Assembly: GCA_965205865.1 (NCBI GenBank)
Contig: CBDBHR010000028.1
Span: forward strand, 64,001 to 128,000
Direction: 5' to 3'
Source: a bacterium
Lineage (GTDB): Bacteria; SAR324; NAC60-12
Length of the DNA: 64,000 nt
Positions 30,339 through 41,749 of the stretch are shown in pieces. The notes beneath the pieces were generated by a model. That model did not search any database. It worked only from the letters and a program-made list of their open reading frames with translations, and was not told where the DNA came from. The number at the start of each line of letters is the position of its first letter. Position 1 is the first letter of the stretch. Position numbers and translations under genes: made by a program.

Positions 30339-32165
30339 CTACCACTGGCTCTTGTCCTTCAATTCCTGGTCAATCCAGAGCCGGGCGAAGATGGCAACAT
30401 TATTGCTCTGGACGGACAGACCGCCTTCAGCGTTGAAACCTATGACCCACGGCTGGCTCGCGTAAAACTGCGGAATTTTAGGACCCCATATATGCTCGTG
30501 CTTCAATATCTGGTGCCAATCGCACGCTTTAACCAGCCTCGCCTGCTCCTCAAGGGTGGTAGCGGCCTTGACCCCTTCATGCATTGCCTCTTGGACCGGA
30601 TCATCCGGAAGCTTCATGTAAAATTTCGAGGGCGCATAGCACGTGCTGGTAGGGGGATAGTCGAGGCCCAGATGCCACCCCTGCAACGCTAACCCGCCCC
30701 CGCCCCAAGTACCTTCCTCGGCCATAGCCATCCAAACAGGTCGCTCTATTGTCTCAATCTCTCCAGCAATGCCAATCTCAGCAAGGTAGGCTTTAACTAT
30801 TTCAAGATAGCCCAAATCAGTGTTAGAGCGGAGTACCAGGGGGAGCGAGAATCTAACGCCGTCGGCGCCGCGCGGAAACCCGGCCTCATCAAGGAGCTTC
30901 TCGGCACCTTCCGGGTCATAGATCCAGTATTGCTTGACCTCCTCGGGCCACTCTTCAAATGGGTTTCTATACCCGCCGATGATATTGTCCCCTACTTTCC
31001 CCTGAGGTATCCACTTGCCCTGACCCTTAAAGTAGGTATTTACAATGGTCTCGAGGTCCAGTGCCATCTGTATTGCGTGGCGCACCATAATGTCGTCAAG
31101 TGGCGACGGCACGAAAGGATTATAAGCCGACAAACTGTAGTTCGACCGAAAATCCCACTTGTACAACTTGATTTCGGGGTTGGTCCGCCTGATGCTCTCT
31201 GCAAATTCGACATTCATATAGGCCCCATCGTGCTTAATGATATCAATCTTAGCCGTGCGCAGTGCCGCCGCGACTGTTGCGGGTTCCTGAATAAGCAGGT
31301 TCCTTACCTGGTCAGTATAGGGCAAGCGGTTCTCCGGGTATTTTTCGTCGTAGCCCCAGTAGTCAGGATTCTTGGTATAGGTTATAGAGCTGCCTTCGAC
31401 CCAGTCCGTGATCTCATAGGGCCCGGTGCCGACCAGATTCTTCCAATCCGCTCTCTTAATAATGCCCTGTGGCACTTCAGCAGTCCTTGATTCCTCGATT
31501 ACCTCAGGGGGAAACATATAACCACTGTACGTGGTGGCGATATTCACAAGCGCATTGAGGTCAAACTGGCTCAGCTTAAAAACAACCGTCCATTTGTCGG
31601 TCGCTGTTATCGATTCCATTCGCAGCGTCCCATAAGCCATCATCCACACCCCGGGTTCGGCTTCACTGAACTCGGTCCCTGTTAACTCGTTTCCCATTAT
31701 ACGGTGAAAGTTGTATTCGACATCAGCAGCAGTAAACTCTCTCCCGTTCATCGGTGGCTTATTATGCCAGCGAACGCCCTTACGGATATGGAAGGTCCAG
31801 GTGAGGCCGTCCGGGGAAATTTCCCAGCTTTCCGCCAGCAGCCCTTTTATCACTTTAGAATCCAGGTACGATGGGGGAAAGGTCCATTCATTCCTATCTA
31901 TTCCCCAGTCCGCCATGCCTAGCGTCTCGACGACGCCGGCGATGACCCACGGCCCCCCGCAGCAGTAGTAGGTGTCAATCTGGGTCACGTTTGCTGCATG
32001 GACATAGGTCAATGTCCCTCCGTATTCCGGTGCAGTCACGACCTCACCAGTTGTGGGATCGGTCACATACTTCTGGGCGGCAGCCGGGCTGACCCAAAAA
32101 GCTGTCACCATCAGGATGAGGGTTAACAACAATGGTTGCATTTTTCCTCTTTTACTTTTTTGCAT
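30339..32165 (-). CDS. ABC substrate-binding protein family 5 (DppA-like), copy 1
   Basis: Signal peptide, PEYGGTL, LAESWEISPDG, VGTGPY, YDPEGAEKLLDEAG. Confidence 0.9.
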   Translation of the reverse strand: MQKSKRGKMQPLLLTLILMVTAFWVSPAAAQKYVTDPTTGEVVTAPEYGGTLTYVHAANVTQIDTYYCCGGPWVIAGVVETLGMADWGIDRNEWTFPPSYLDSKVIKGLLAESWEISPDGLTWTFHIRKGVRWHNKPPMNGREFTAADVEYNFHRIMGNELTGTEFSEAEPGVWMMAYGTLRMESITATDKWTVVFKLSQFDLNALVNIATTYSGYMFPPEVIEESRTAEVPQGIIKRADWKNLVGTGPYEITDWVEGSSITYTKNPDYWGYDEKYPENRLPYTDQVRNLLIQEPATVAAALRTAKIDIIKHDGAYMNVEFAESIRRTNPEIKLYKWDFRSNYSLSAYNPFVPSPLDDIMVRHAIQMALDLETIVNTYFKGQGKWIPQGKVGDNIIGGYRNPFEEWPEEVKQYWIYDPEGAEKLLDEAGFPRGADGVRFSLPLVLRSNTDLGYLEIVKAYLAEIGIAGEIETIERPVWMAMAEEGTWGGGGLALQGWHLGLDYPPTSTCYAPSKFYMKLPDDPVQEAMHEGVKAATTLEEQARLVKACDWHQILKHEHIWGPKIPQFYASQPWVIGFNAEGGLSVQSNNVAIFARLWIDQELKDKSQW

Positions 32166-32193
32166 GATTTCTCCTTTTTTACTTAAATTTTAC

Positions 32194-32848
32194 GTAACTA
32201 TTCAGGTCTCTGAAAAACCCGTTTAGTTACAATATCGTTTAAAAAGATTCCCGGGGAAGATCAATCGTTTTACGTCCTCCCACGATATTGTTCCATCGAT
32301 CGGGAACCCTCTCCTTCACTAAAACAACTCAGTGAAGGCATGATTGTAGCAAACAAAAACGCAATGTCAAGCCCCTGATACAAAATAAATGCGGGATTCG
32401 CAAAAAAAAAATCAATAAATCTGCTCAAATCCGGGGACAGTCAGAAGCCGTTCAGTTCAATAACAAAGATTCCCGGCAAGGATCCATCTTTTTCACATCC
32501 TCCCAGGGTACTGTTCAATCGATCGAGCGGGAACCCTCCCAAGATTTTGTTCAATCGATCGAGCGGGAACCCTCAACAAAGAGGGGCATGTGAAGCCTGT
32601 CCCGGACTTGATCCGGGGGATGCAAAGCCCGAGTGAGCAACTCGAGGATGGATTTCCCTTGTTTTCCGGTAGTGGAAATGGGTTCGGATACAAAAAGCCT
32701 GCGTTCCTTCAGCAGTTCGGAAGCCGCCTGAGATTTTTTGTTTCAGTTTAACCATGCGCACATCTCGCTCGGCTTGGTTGTTGTCAAAAGGAACTTGAAA
32801 GTCATGCATGAATAACAAGCTTTTCTTTTCATAGAGGATCAAACGATC
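32194..32848 (-). mobile_element. IS66-derived remnant
   Basis: Terminus GTAACTATTCAGG at 32194; [26 protein letters not shown]. Confidence 0.75.
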
Positions 32849-32989
32849 CGACCGAAACCGAATTCCGGAATGGCATCAAGTAGCAGTTGATTCATACGCC
32901 ATCGGAAGAAACGAGGAACAGGAAATTACTTCGACAGAATCCTCTAGTGGATTGGGAGTTGCGCATAGATCCTCAGGAGAGGGCTGCTG

Positions 32990-33958
32990 CTAAGAGAACG
33001 GGTTGATCAGTCTGGCGAAGAATCCTCGTTTACGTTTCACCATCGCGGTGCCGTAGCTGCCCTCACCGCCCCGCAGTCTGGGATCGAGCAGGTCCCTGAG
33101 GGCGTCGCCGAACATGTTGAGGGAGTAGACGACAAGCGTCAGGCAAAACCCTGGCCAGAGCGCCAGCCAGGGCGCCTGCTCCATGTACTGACGCCCTTCT
33201 ATGCTGAGCAAACTTCCCCAGTCAGGACTGCCGGGGGGCAGACCGAATCCGAGGAAGCTCAGCGAAGCCAGGCTGAGGATGTGGCCTCCGAGGCTGATGC
33301 TGAAAACGATGATGATGACCGGCATAATATTGGGCACGACATGACGGATCAGGGTTCTCACTCTTCGGTTGCCTGTCGCCTCTGCCGCCAGAAAGTAATC
33401 ATTCTCCTTAATGGCTATCACGGCGCCTCTGATGACTCTGGATCCGCCGATGCCTCCGGATATCCCCAGGACCAGGATGATCTGGGGGATCCCCGGCCCC
33501 ACGATGGACATGATCGTTAGCAACAGGATCAGTCCCGGGAAAACTATCCAGGCATCGACAACCCTCTGCACTATAATGTCAAACTTACCCCCAATGAATC
33601 CGGAAGTGCCGCCGATCAGGGTACTGATCACCGTACTGAGCGCGGTGATGGACAGACCGATCAGGATGGAAAGACGACCCCCCAGGATCAGGCGGCTCAG
33701 GAGGTCTCGCCCCAAATGGTCGGTCCCCAGGAGATACTGGGTGGAGGAGCTTGTCAGCCGGTCTCTCAAGTGGATTTCATCAGGGGGATAAGGGGTCAGC
33801 GCATCGGCAAAGATCGCCACCAGAATCCAGATCAAGATGATCATCCCGCAGACAGTACCCAGCGGCTTCTCCTTGACCAGCCTGATCAAGAATTCCGCCA
33901 GCCTGCTACGTCTCTTTGGCTCGATTACTGGTAATGGTATCCCTGTGGCGTCACTCAT
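32990..33958 (-). CDS. DppC-like permease, copy 2
   Basis: Paralogue of 28246-29217 with patchy differences. Confidence 0.9.
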   Translation of the reverse strand: MSDATGIPLPVIEPKRRSRLAEFLIRLVKEKPLGTVCGMIILIWILVAIFADALTPYPPDEIHLRDRLTSSSTQYLLGTDHLGRDLLSRLILGGRLSILIGLSITALSTVISTLIGGTSGFIGGKFDIIVQRVVDAWIVFPGLILLLTIMSIVGPGIPQIILVLGISGGIGGSRVIRGAVIAIKENDYFLAAEATGNRRVRTLIRHVVPNIMPVIIIVFSISLGGHILSLASLSFLGFGLPPGSPDWGSLLSIEGRQYMEQAPWLALWPGFCLTLVVYSLNMFGDALRDLLDPRLRGGEGSYGTAMVKRKRGFFARLINPFS

Positions 33959-33967
33959 ATTCCCCCT

Positions 33968-34990
33968 TTAGCTGTAGCGGACCCTGGGGTCCAAATAGGG
34001 ATAAATCAGGTCGGTCAGGAGAATGATCACCATCACGAGGGAGGCGTAAAACATGTTGACTCCGGAGACCACCGGGTAGTCTCGCAGTTTGAGGGCATTC
34101 AGCAAGAGATCACCTAGTCCGGGCAGGTTGAAGATGTTCTCCATGATCACCGAGCCACCGATCAGGAGTGGCAACTGCATGCCGATCAGAGTCACGACCG
34201 GGATGAGGGAATTTTTAATGGCGTGTCTTATCACCACGATACGCTCCCGGAGCCCCTTGGACCAGGCGGTGCGGATATAATCCTGCCGGAGCACCTCCAG
34301 CATCATGGTGCGCGTCATCCGCATGGTGCTGGCCGACATGGCCGTCCCCAGAATTAGGCTGGGAATGATGAGAATCCCGAGATTCCCCAGCGGGTCTTCG
34401 GTGAAAGGAACCCACTCCATCGGGGGCGACCAACCCCACCAGATCGCTGGGAAGATCATCACCATCAGGGCCAGCCAGAAGTTGGGAGTTGCCATGCCGA
34501 TGATGGCGGCGGTGCGCCCCACGTAGTCGGCGGCCGTATCCTGGCGAATCGCCGAGTAGATGCCGACGGGCAGCGCGATCACCAACCCGATGACGATGGA
34601 CAGGACACCAAGCCCCATGCTGACCGGTAATCTACCTATTAGCTTCTCCTCTACCGCCCACTGGCCAAACAGTGACGTGCCAAGGCTGCCCTGGAGGAGA
34701 CCTTTAAAGTGGGACTCACCGGTAAGCCAGTCAGGGGTCGGCAACACTCCTATCCAGCGTCCATACTGCACGTAGACAGGCACGTCCAGTCCCAGCATAC
34801 GCTCAAGAGCTTCACGGTCAATCTCCCATGCCCCCCCCAGGTACTCCTCTGACACCAGCATTCCCACCATTACGTCTATTGCATCGCCCGGGATGAAGCG
34901 CACCGAGAGAAAGACGATGATGCTCAGGATAAACAGGGTGGGGATGATCAGTAATATCCGCCTGATGATATAGGCTCTCATCTCGCACAC
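33968..34990 (-). CDS. DppB-like permease, copy 2
   Basis: Protein identical to copy 1. Confidence 0.9.
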   Translation of the reverse strand: MCEMRAYIIRRILLIIPTLFILSIIVFLSVRFIPGDAIDVMVGMLVSEEYLGGAWEIDREALERMLGLDVPVYVQYGRWIGVLPTPDWLTGESHFKGLLQGSLGTSLFGQWAVEEKLIGRLPVSMGLGVLSIVIGLVIALPVGIYSAIRQDTAADYVGRTAAIIGMATPNFWLALMVMIFPAIWWGWSPPMEWVPFTEDPLGNLGILIIPSLILGTAMSASTMRMTRTMMLEVLRQDYIRTAWSKGLRERIVVIRHAIKNSLIPVVTLIGMQLPLLIGGSVIMENIFNLPGLGDLLLNALKLRDYPVVSGVNMFYASLVMVIILLTDLIYPYLDPRVRYS

Positions 34991-35079
34991 CTCATCATTT
35001 TTGAAATTGGCAGGGAAACGCGGGGTATCCTAGAGTGGACCGGGCAGTCCTGCCCGGTCCATCAGTACTTCCAGTCGGC

Positions 35080-36906
35080 CTACCACTGGCTCTTGTCCTT
35101 CAATTCCTGGTCAATCCAGAGCCGGGCGAAGATGGCAACATTATTGCTCTGGACGGACAGACCGCCTTCAGCGTTGAAACCTATGACCCACGGCTGGCTC
35201 GCGTAAAACTGCGGAATTTTAGGACCCCATATATGCTCGTGCTTCAATATCTGGTGCCAATCGCACGCTTTAACCAGCCTCGCCTGCTCCTCAAGGGTGG
35301 TAGCGGCCTTGACCCCTTCATGCATTGCCTCTTGGACCGGATCATCCGGAAGCTTCATGTAAAATTTCGAGGGCGCATAGCACGTGCTGGTAGGGGGATA
35401 GTCGAGGCCCAGATGCCACCCCTGCAACGCTAACCCGCCCCCGCCCCAAGTACCTTCCTCGGCCATAGCCATCCAAACAGGTCGCTCTATTGTCTCAATC
35501 TCTCCAGCAATGCCAATCTCAGCAAGGTAGGCTTTAACTATTTCAAGATAGCCCAAATCAGTGTTAGAGCGGAGTACCAGGGGGAGCGAGAATCTAACGC
35601 CGTCGGCGCCGCGCGGAAACCCGGCCTCATCAAGGAGCTTCTCGGCACCTTCCGGGTCATAGATCCAGTATTGCTTGACCTCCTCGGGCCACTCTTCAAA
35701 TGGGTTTCTATACCCGCCGATGATATTGTCCCCTACTTTCCCCTGAGGTATCCACTTGCCCTGACCCTTAAAGTAGGTATTTACAATGGTCTCGAGGTCC
35801 AGTGCCATCTGTATTGCGTGGCGCACCATAATGTCGTCAAGTGGCGACGGCACGAAAGGATTATAAGCCGACAAACTGTAGTTCGACCGAAAATCCCACT
35901 TGTACAACTTGATTTCGGGGTTGGTCCGCCTGATGCTCTCTGCAAATTCGACATTCATATAGGCCCCATCGTGCTTAATGATATCAATCTTAGCCGTGCG
36001 CAGTGCCGCCGCGACTGTTGCGGGTTCCTGAATAAGCAGGTTCCTTACCTGGTCAGTATAGGGCAAGCGGTTCTCCGGGTATTTTTCGTCGTAGCCCCAG
36101 TAGTCAGGATTCTTGGTATAGGTTATAGAGCTGCCTTCGACCCAGTCCGTGATCTCATAGGGCCCGGTGCCGACCAGATTCTTCCAATCCGCTCTCTTAA
36201 TAATGCCCTGTGGCACTTCAGCAGTCCTTGATTCCTCGATTACCTCAGGGGGAAACATATAACCACTGTACGTGGTGGCGATATTCACAAGCGCATTGAG
36301 GTCAAACTGGCTCAGCTTAAAAACAACCGTCCATTTGTCGGTCGCTGTTATCGATTCCATTCGCAGCGTCCCATAAGCCATCATCCACACCCCGGGTTCG
36401 GCTTCACTGAACTCGGTCCCTGTTAACTCGTTTCCCATTATACGGTGAAAGTTGTATTCGACATCAGCAGCAGTAAACTCTCTCCCGTTCATCGGTGGCT
36501 TATTATGCCAGCGAACGCCCTTACGGATATGGAAGGTCCAGGTGAGGCCGTCCGGGGAAATTTCCCAGCTTTCCGCCAGCAGCCCTTTTATCACTTTAGA
36601 ATCCAGGTACGATGGGGGAAAGGTCCATTCATTCCTATCTATTCCCCAGTCCGCCATGCCTAGCGTCTCGACGACGCCGGCGATGACCCACGGCCCCCCG
36701 CAGCAGTAGTAGGTGTCAATCTGGGTCACGTTTGCTGCATGGACATAGGTCAATGTCCCTCCGTATTCCGGTGCAGTCACGACCTCACCAGTTGTGGGAT
36801 CGGTCACATACTTCTGGGCGGCAGCCGGGCTGACCCAAAAAGCTGTCACCATCAGGATGAGGGTTAACAACAATGGTTGCATTTTTCCTCTTTTACTTTT
36901 TTGCAT
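35080..36906 (-). CDS. DppA-like substrate-binding protein, copy 2
   Basis: Protein identical to copy 1. Confidence 0.9.
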   Translation of the reverse strand: MQKSKRGKMQPLLLTLILMVTAFWVSPAAAQKYVTDPTTGEVVTAPEYGGTLTYVHAANVTQIDTYYCCGGPWVIAGVVETLGMADWGIDRNEWTFPPSYLDSKVIKGLLAESWEISPDGLTWTFHIRKGVRWHNKPPMNGREFTAADVEYNFHRIMGNELTGTEFSEAEPGVWMMAYGTLRMESITATDKWTVVFKLSQFDLNALVNIATTYSGYMFPPEVIEESRTAEVPQGIIKRADWKNLVGTGPYEITDWVEGSSITYTKNPDYWGYDEKYPENRLPYTDQVRNLLIQEPATVAAALRTAKIDIIKHDGAYMNVEFAESIRRTNPEIKLYKWDFRSNYSLSAYNPFVPSPLDDIMVRHAIQMALDLETIVNTYFKGQGKWIPQGKVGDNIIGGYRNPFEEWPEEVKQYWIYDPEGAEKLLDEAGFPRGADGVRFSLPLVLRSNTDLGYLEIVKAYLAEIGIAGEIETIERPVWMAMAEEGTWGGGGLALQGWHLGLDYPPTSTCYAPSKFYMKLPDDPVQEAMHEGVKAATTLEEQARLVKACDWHQILKHEHIWGPKIPQFYASQPWVIGFNAEGGLSVQSNNVAIFARLWIDQELKDKSQW

Positions 36907-36934
36907 GATTTCTCCTTTTTTACTTAAATTTTAC

Positions 36935-37702
36935 GTAACTATTCAGGTCTCTGAAAAACCCGTTTAGTTACAATATCGTTTAAAAAGATTCCCGGGGAAG
37001 ATCAATCGTTTTACGTCCTCCCACGATATTGTTCCATCGATCGGGAACCCTCTCCTTCACTAAAACAACTCAGTGAAGGCATGATTGTAGCAAACAAAAA
37101 CGCAATGTCAAGCCCCTGATACAAAATAAATGCGGGATTCGCAAAAAAAAAATCAATAAATCTGCTCAAATCCGGGGACAGTCAGAAACCGTTCAGTTCA
37201 ATAACAAAGATTCCCGGCAAGGATCCATCACTTCACTTCCTCCCGCACCTATTTTGAATCGATCGATCGGGAACCCTCAACAAAGAGGAGCATGTGAAGC
37301 CTGTCACGGACTTGATCCGGGGGATGCAAAGCCCGAGTGAGCAACTCGAGCATGGATTTCCCCTGTTTTCTGCTAGTGAAAATGGGCTCGGGTACAAAAA
37401 GCCTGCGTTCCTTCAGCAGTTCGCAAGCCGCCTGAGATTTTCTGTTTCAATTTGACCATGCGGATATCTCTCTCGGCTTGGTTGTTGTCAAAAAGAACTT
37501 GAAAGTCATGCATGAACAACAAGCTTTCATTTTCATAGAAGATCAAACGATCGAGTAAATTTTGAGCTTTCGTCTGTTTGGGGCGTCCTCGTTTCTTTTT
37601 TTTGAAGACTTGCAGGATAGTGCTCGAGTGCTTTTTGACTGATGTCGTGGTAACGTTGCCGGAAGCGATCGAAGAGGTCTCTAAAGAAACCTGAATAGTT
37701 AC
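36935..37702 (-). mobile_element. IS66-derived non-autonomous element with both termini
   Basis: GTAACTATTCAGG...CCTGAATAGTTAC 13-bp perfect IR enclosing an IS66 core fragment. Confidence 0.75.
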
Positions 37703-37821
37703 CAATTTTTTTGTGAAGATCCCACGCGTGCCGAGTGCTCATCAGTCCTTGAAATGATACGCTCTGAATCCCATGCCCTTCGGGACGATAAGGGCAGGAT
37801 TGCACAGTATTTTCAAGCAGC

Positions 37822-38667
37822 GGGATAATTATCTTGATCTTGATTTTGGTGGCAATCTTTGCCGATGCGTTGAGCCCTTATCCCTATGATAAACTAAACC
37901 TGGTAGATCGGCTGCAGGGCGCCTCTGCCCGGCATCTCTTGGGGACCGACCAGTTGGGGCGAGATCTCTTGAGCCGCTTGATCTTTGGGGCTCGTATTTC
38001 CTTAGTGGTCGGTCTGGCCGCAACCACCCTCAATGTGTTGGTCGCGCTCCTGGTCGGCGGCACGTCCGGATTCCTTGGAGGGAAAGTAGACCTGGCGGCG
38101 CAGCGCTTTGTCGATGCCTGGATGGCCTTCCCGGGACTGCTGCTCTTGTTAACCATCATGTCAGTCGTGGGGCAGGGGTTGATCCAGATCATCGTGGTCC
38201 TGGGGATCGCCGGAGGCATCGGAGGCTCCCGAGTCGTCCGCGGCGCGGTGATCGGCATCAAAGAGAATGACTATTTTCTGGCATCCCGGGCCGTGGGCGC
38301 TCCCACGGGCCACATCCTGACCCGCCATTTCCTGCCCAATATTATGGCACCGATCATCATCATCTTCTCGATTAACATTGGCGGGGTCATTATTGCCGAA
38401 GCGTCGCTGAGCTTCCTGGGATTCGGGCTGCCCATCAAGGTGCCCAGTTGGGGAGGGATGCTCAGCCGGGAAGGGCGTCGGTTCATGGAACAAGCCCCCT
38501 GGCTGGCCTTCTGGCCGGGGCTTTTCCTGACGATTGTCGTCTACTCTCTGAACATGTTCGGTGATGCCATGCGGGACCTGCTCGACCCGAGGCTGCGAGG
38601 GCCGTTACGGCACCGCGATGGTGAAACGTAAACGAGGCCTCCTGGCCCGGCTGATCAACCCGTTCTC
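37822..38667 (+). pseudogene. DppC-like permease, 5'-truncated with 3' frameshift
   Basis: LLGTDQLGRD...GDAMRDLLDPR; the YGTAMVKRKRG..LINPF tail is out of frame. Confidence 0.75.
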
Positions 38668-38669
38668 TC

Positions 38670-39196
38670 AGGGGTGAAAAAAGCCTGCTTCTATGAACCG
38701 GATATCAATCCCACTTACCACGAATTGGCCCCTCAGAAAGGAGTTTATGATTACTGTCTCTACTTTTGAAAAATTGAAATCCATGAAGTTTTGGGGAATG
38801 GCCAAGCTTTTCAAGAACAAATGTCCTCCAGTCAGTATGATCGTTTGAGTTTTGAAGAACGCTTGGGCTTGCTGGTGGACCGGGAAGCCAGTGAAAGAGA
38901 AAACCGTCGTATGCAATCCGGATTGAAACAAGCTGCTTTACGACAACAAGCCTGTATCCGGGACATTGACCATACGCTGCCCGGAGGATTAGATCCCGCA
39001 CTGATGCAATCCCTCTACAGCGGCCTGTGGATTAAAGAACATCTCAATATCCTCATCTGCGGACCGACTGGGATCGGGAAAAGTTTTATTGCCTGTGCCC
39101 TGGGACATCAAGCCTGTTTGCAGGGAGCCCGAGTCAAATACTTGAGAATCCCTCGATTGCTGCCCCAGTTGGCCTTAGCCAGAGGAGATGGCGCCA
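38670..39196 (+). mobile_element. IS21-family remnant (istA fragment + frameshifted, truncated istB)
   Basis: GVKKACFYEPDINPTYHELA; LSFEERLGLLVDRE, GPTGIGKSFIACALG. Confidence 0.8.
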
Positions 39197-39435
39197 ATCT
39201 GATCAACGGGTTTCGCTTCAATTAAAAAACAAAAACATTAAAGTTTAAGGGGATAAGTGCGTCCAAAACATGAGAAATGAAGACTTTCCACATCTGAAAA
39301 CAGCATATTGATGCTCATTCTCACTCAAACATCCATGGATTTGATGATCAAAATCTGATTTCAGAATGATTGCCTTTCTCAGGTAAAAAAATCATCTTGA
39401 AAATCTGATCCTTTTTTAGAATCGCTCAATTTAGG

Positions 39436-40197
39436 AAGAACTTACTGCTTGATTTCCTAAACAGTGTCCTGTCACCACAGTTTCCCATTTCGGATGTTGA
39501 AATCCTCAACCCCTACAATGATCGCGAGTTTTATTCGGACAAGTTGACGATTGTCGATGTGAAAGCCAGAGATGAAAAAGGGACGACCTATCAGATCGAA
39601 ATTCAATTGGCGGTTTTTTCTTATCTGCCGGAGAGGATGCTCTACACGTGGAGTGATATCTATCAGTCCCAGTTACAAAGTGGGGAGCCATTCTCAGAAT
39701 TAAGTCCGGTTATCTCCATTTGGATGTTGACTGAAAATCTGATTCCTGATAGTCCGGCCTTTCATCATCACTTCCAACTGGTGGATCGAGAGAACCAAAA
39801 ACGATTATCGGACCATTGCTCAATTCATATATTGGAATTGGACAAATGGCGGTATTCCGAGACCTTGAACACAGAAGATCAATGGTTATATTTTTTTAAA
39901 GAAGCTGAGCATTGGGAGGAATTACCCGAAATCATCAACACCCCTAACATGAGACAAGCGATGGCAGTCTTAGAGCGATTTTCAGAAAAAGAAGCCAACT
40001 ATCACTTATACCAAGCCCGTCAGAATGCTTTGCGTGAGGAGAAAACAAGACAAAAGTTTTTGGAAGAAGCCTTGCGGAGAGAGGAAGAGGCGGTGAGAGA
40101 GAAGGAAGAGACTCTGAGGAGAGAAGAAAAGGAGAGAGCTGAGAAAGAGCGGCTCATGGAAAACTTGAAAAAAGCAGGAATTGATCCGGATGAATAA
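39436..40197 (+). pseudogene. Rpn/PD-(D/E)XK nuclease-family protein, 5'-truncated
   Basis: LLDFLNSVL..EILNPYN..IVDVKARD..YQIEIQ; the usual N-terminal motif is missing. Confidence 0.75.
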
Positions 40198-40253
40198 ACG
40201 GTCTTTCCTCGGTTTCTCATGACGAGCACACATGCGATAATTCAAGAAAAAAG

Positions 40254-40378
40254 TGCCAACCAGGCGGTTCACTTGACGCCCACCCCTGCGCTTTTCACGA
40301 AGGTTTGTGACAGATTGTCAGTTCATCTCTATTCCAATGGTCATTACCGGGTGGGCGCAAGTGACCTTGACGTTCTGC
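40254..40378 (+). mobile_element. attC-like integron site 1
   Basis: TGCCAAC...GTTCTGC; arms GGTTCACTTGACGCCCACCC / GGGTGGGCGCAAGTGACC pair with two extrahelical bases. Confidence 0.75.
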
Positions 40379-40476
40379 CTCAAGAATAGACTCTCCTCAA
40401 AGTTTTGCATTTTTACAATTAATGACCTAAAATAGGTTCTATATTTAGAGCTTATTTTTATTAAAAGGAGTGAATT

Positions 40477-40728
40477 ATGGATCTTATTCTTGCAAAATAT
40501 TCTGCCAGTATTTCAGAACTCAAAAAAAATCCCTCTGCATTACTTCAGCAAGCCGATGGCAGCCCTATCACCATTTTAAATCACAACAAACCAACAGCTT
40601 ATCTAGTCCCAGCAGAGACATATGAAGCGCTTTTGGAGAAACTAGAAGATTACGAATTGGGAGAGTTGGTGAAACAACGCCAACATGAAAAGGGAAAAGC
40701 TATCGAGGTTTCACTAGATGAGTTATAA
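40477..40728 (+). CDS. Phd/YefM (StbD/YafN-like) antitoxin
   Basis: ASISELKKNP..ILNHNKPTAYLV. Confidence 0.9.
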   Translation: MDLILAKYSASISELKKNPSALLQQADGSPITILNHNKPTAYLVPAETYEALLEKLEDYELGELVKQRQHEKGKAIEVSLDEL

Positions 40729-41008
40729 ATTAAAGTTTTTGCCGACGGCATTGAAGGAGTGGAAGAAATTAGATACTTCTATTCAATCACAGTTGAAGAA
40801 AAAACTGGCGGAACGTTTAGAGAATCCACATATACCAGCTAGTAAGCTTTCAAGTTTTGCGAATCACTATAAAATCAAGCTCCGTACAAGTGGTTATCGG
40901 TTGGTGTACGAGGTTATTGATGATGAATTAGTCGTGATGGTGATTGTAATTGGAAAACGTGAAAGAGAAAGAGTCTATGAAATTGCAAAAGATCGATCAA
41001 AGGCATAA
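40718..41008 (+). CDS. RelE/StbE toxin
   Basis: ALKEWKKLD..YKIKLRTSGYRLVY..IGKRER. Confidence 0.9.
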   Translation: MSYKLKFLPTALKEWKKLDTSIQSQLKKKLAERLENPHIPASKLSSFANHYKIKLRTSGYRLVYEVIDDELVVMVIVIGKRERERVYEIAKDRSKA

Positions 41009-41087
41009 CAAATCAGTCCAGTGTATTTCGGGGGCGCTAGTCGTACCTCCTTCTGCCCCACTCAAATACTGAATTTTCACGTTGGAC
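41003..41087 (+). mobile_element. attC-like integron site 2
   Basis: GCATAAC (contains the relE stop)...GTTGGAC; arms TCCAGTGTATTT / AAATACTGAA. Confidence 0.65.
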
Positions 41088-41261
41088 TCCAAAAAGTTTT
41101 CTCTCACATATATTTTCTAAAACATTTTATCGTTGAAAACTAATTCTACTTATTGTACGATATTACCGTACTTTTAAATCAAATTAGTTTCACATCCCTT
41201 TATTGGAGGATGAGCCATTATGCGAGAGGTGACAGTAAATCAATTTAGATCTACCCTTAAA

Positions 41262-41682
41262 TCTTGAGCATCCCGCCCCAGCTGGGAAACTCGACGGGCA
41301 GACCGAATCCCAGGAAGCTCAGCCATAATCACCCTCCCGATGTTGATCGAGAAGACGATGATGATCGGGGCCATGATATTCGGCAGGACATGGCGGATCA
41401 GGATTTGGCTTGTCGAGGTGCCCACGGCCCGGGCGGCCAGAAAATAATCATTCTCTTTGATGCCGATCACCACGCCTCGCATGATTCGGGAACCGCCGAT
41501 GCCGCCGGCGACCCCCAGGACGACGATGATCTGGAGGAGACCCTGTCCCACGATGGACATGATGGTTAACAAGAGCAGCAGCCCCGGAAAGGCCATCCAG
41601 GCATCGACAAAGCACTGCATGGCCAGGTCCACTTTCCTCCCCAGAAATCCGGAAATGCCGCCGATCAGGGTACTGATCACAA
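41262..41682 (-). pseudogene. Internal DppC-like fragment
   Basis: VDAWMAFPGLLLLL...IKENDYFLAA...; both ends missing, frameshifted. Confidence 0.75.
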
Positions 41683-41749
41683 CCCTTTCTTTTTTTTGCC
41701 CCCTTTTTTTCGAGCGTTTCCGTTCCGTTTTCATGCCTTGACATGGAAA

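Larger units (their letters stand above)
28246..37550. repeat. Tandem segmental duplication, period 4741 bp
   Basis: DppA and DppB proteins are identical at an offset of 4741; upstream IS66-linked sequence is also duplicated. Confidence 0.95.

Noticed and set aside
36935-37702. Recently transposed IS66 MITE
   Set aside because: Flanks AATTTTAC and CAATTTTT do not form a target duplication, so independent mobility is unsupported.
37703-37821. Possible HicA-like fragment (PFGTIRAGLHSIFKQ)
   Set aside because: Too short and interrupted to support a call.
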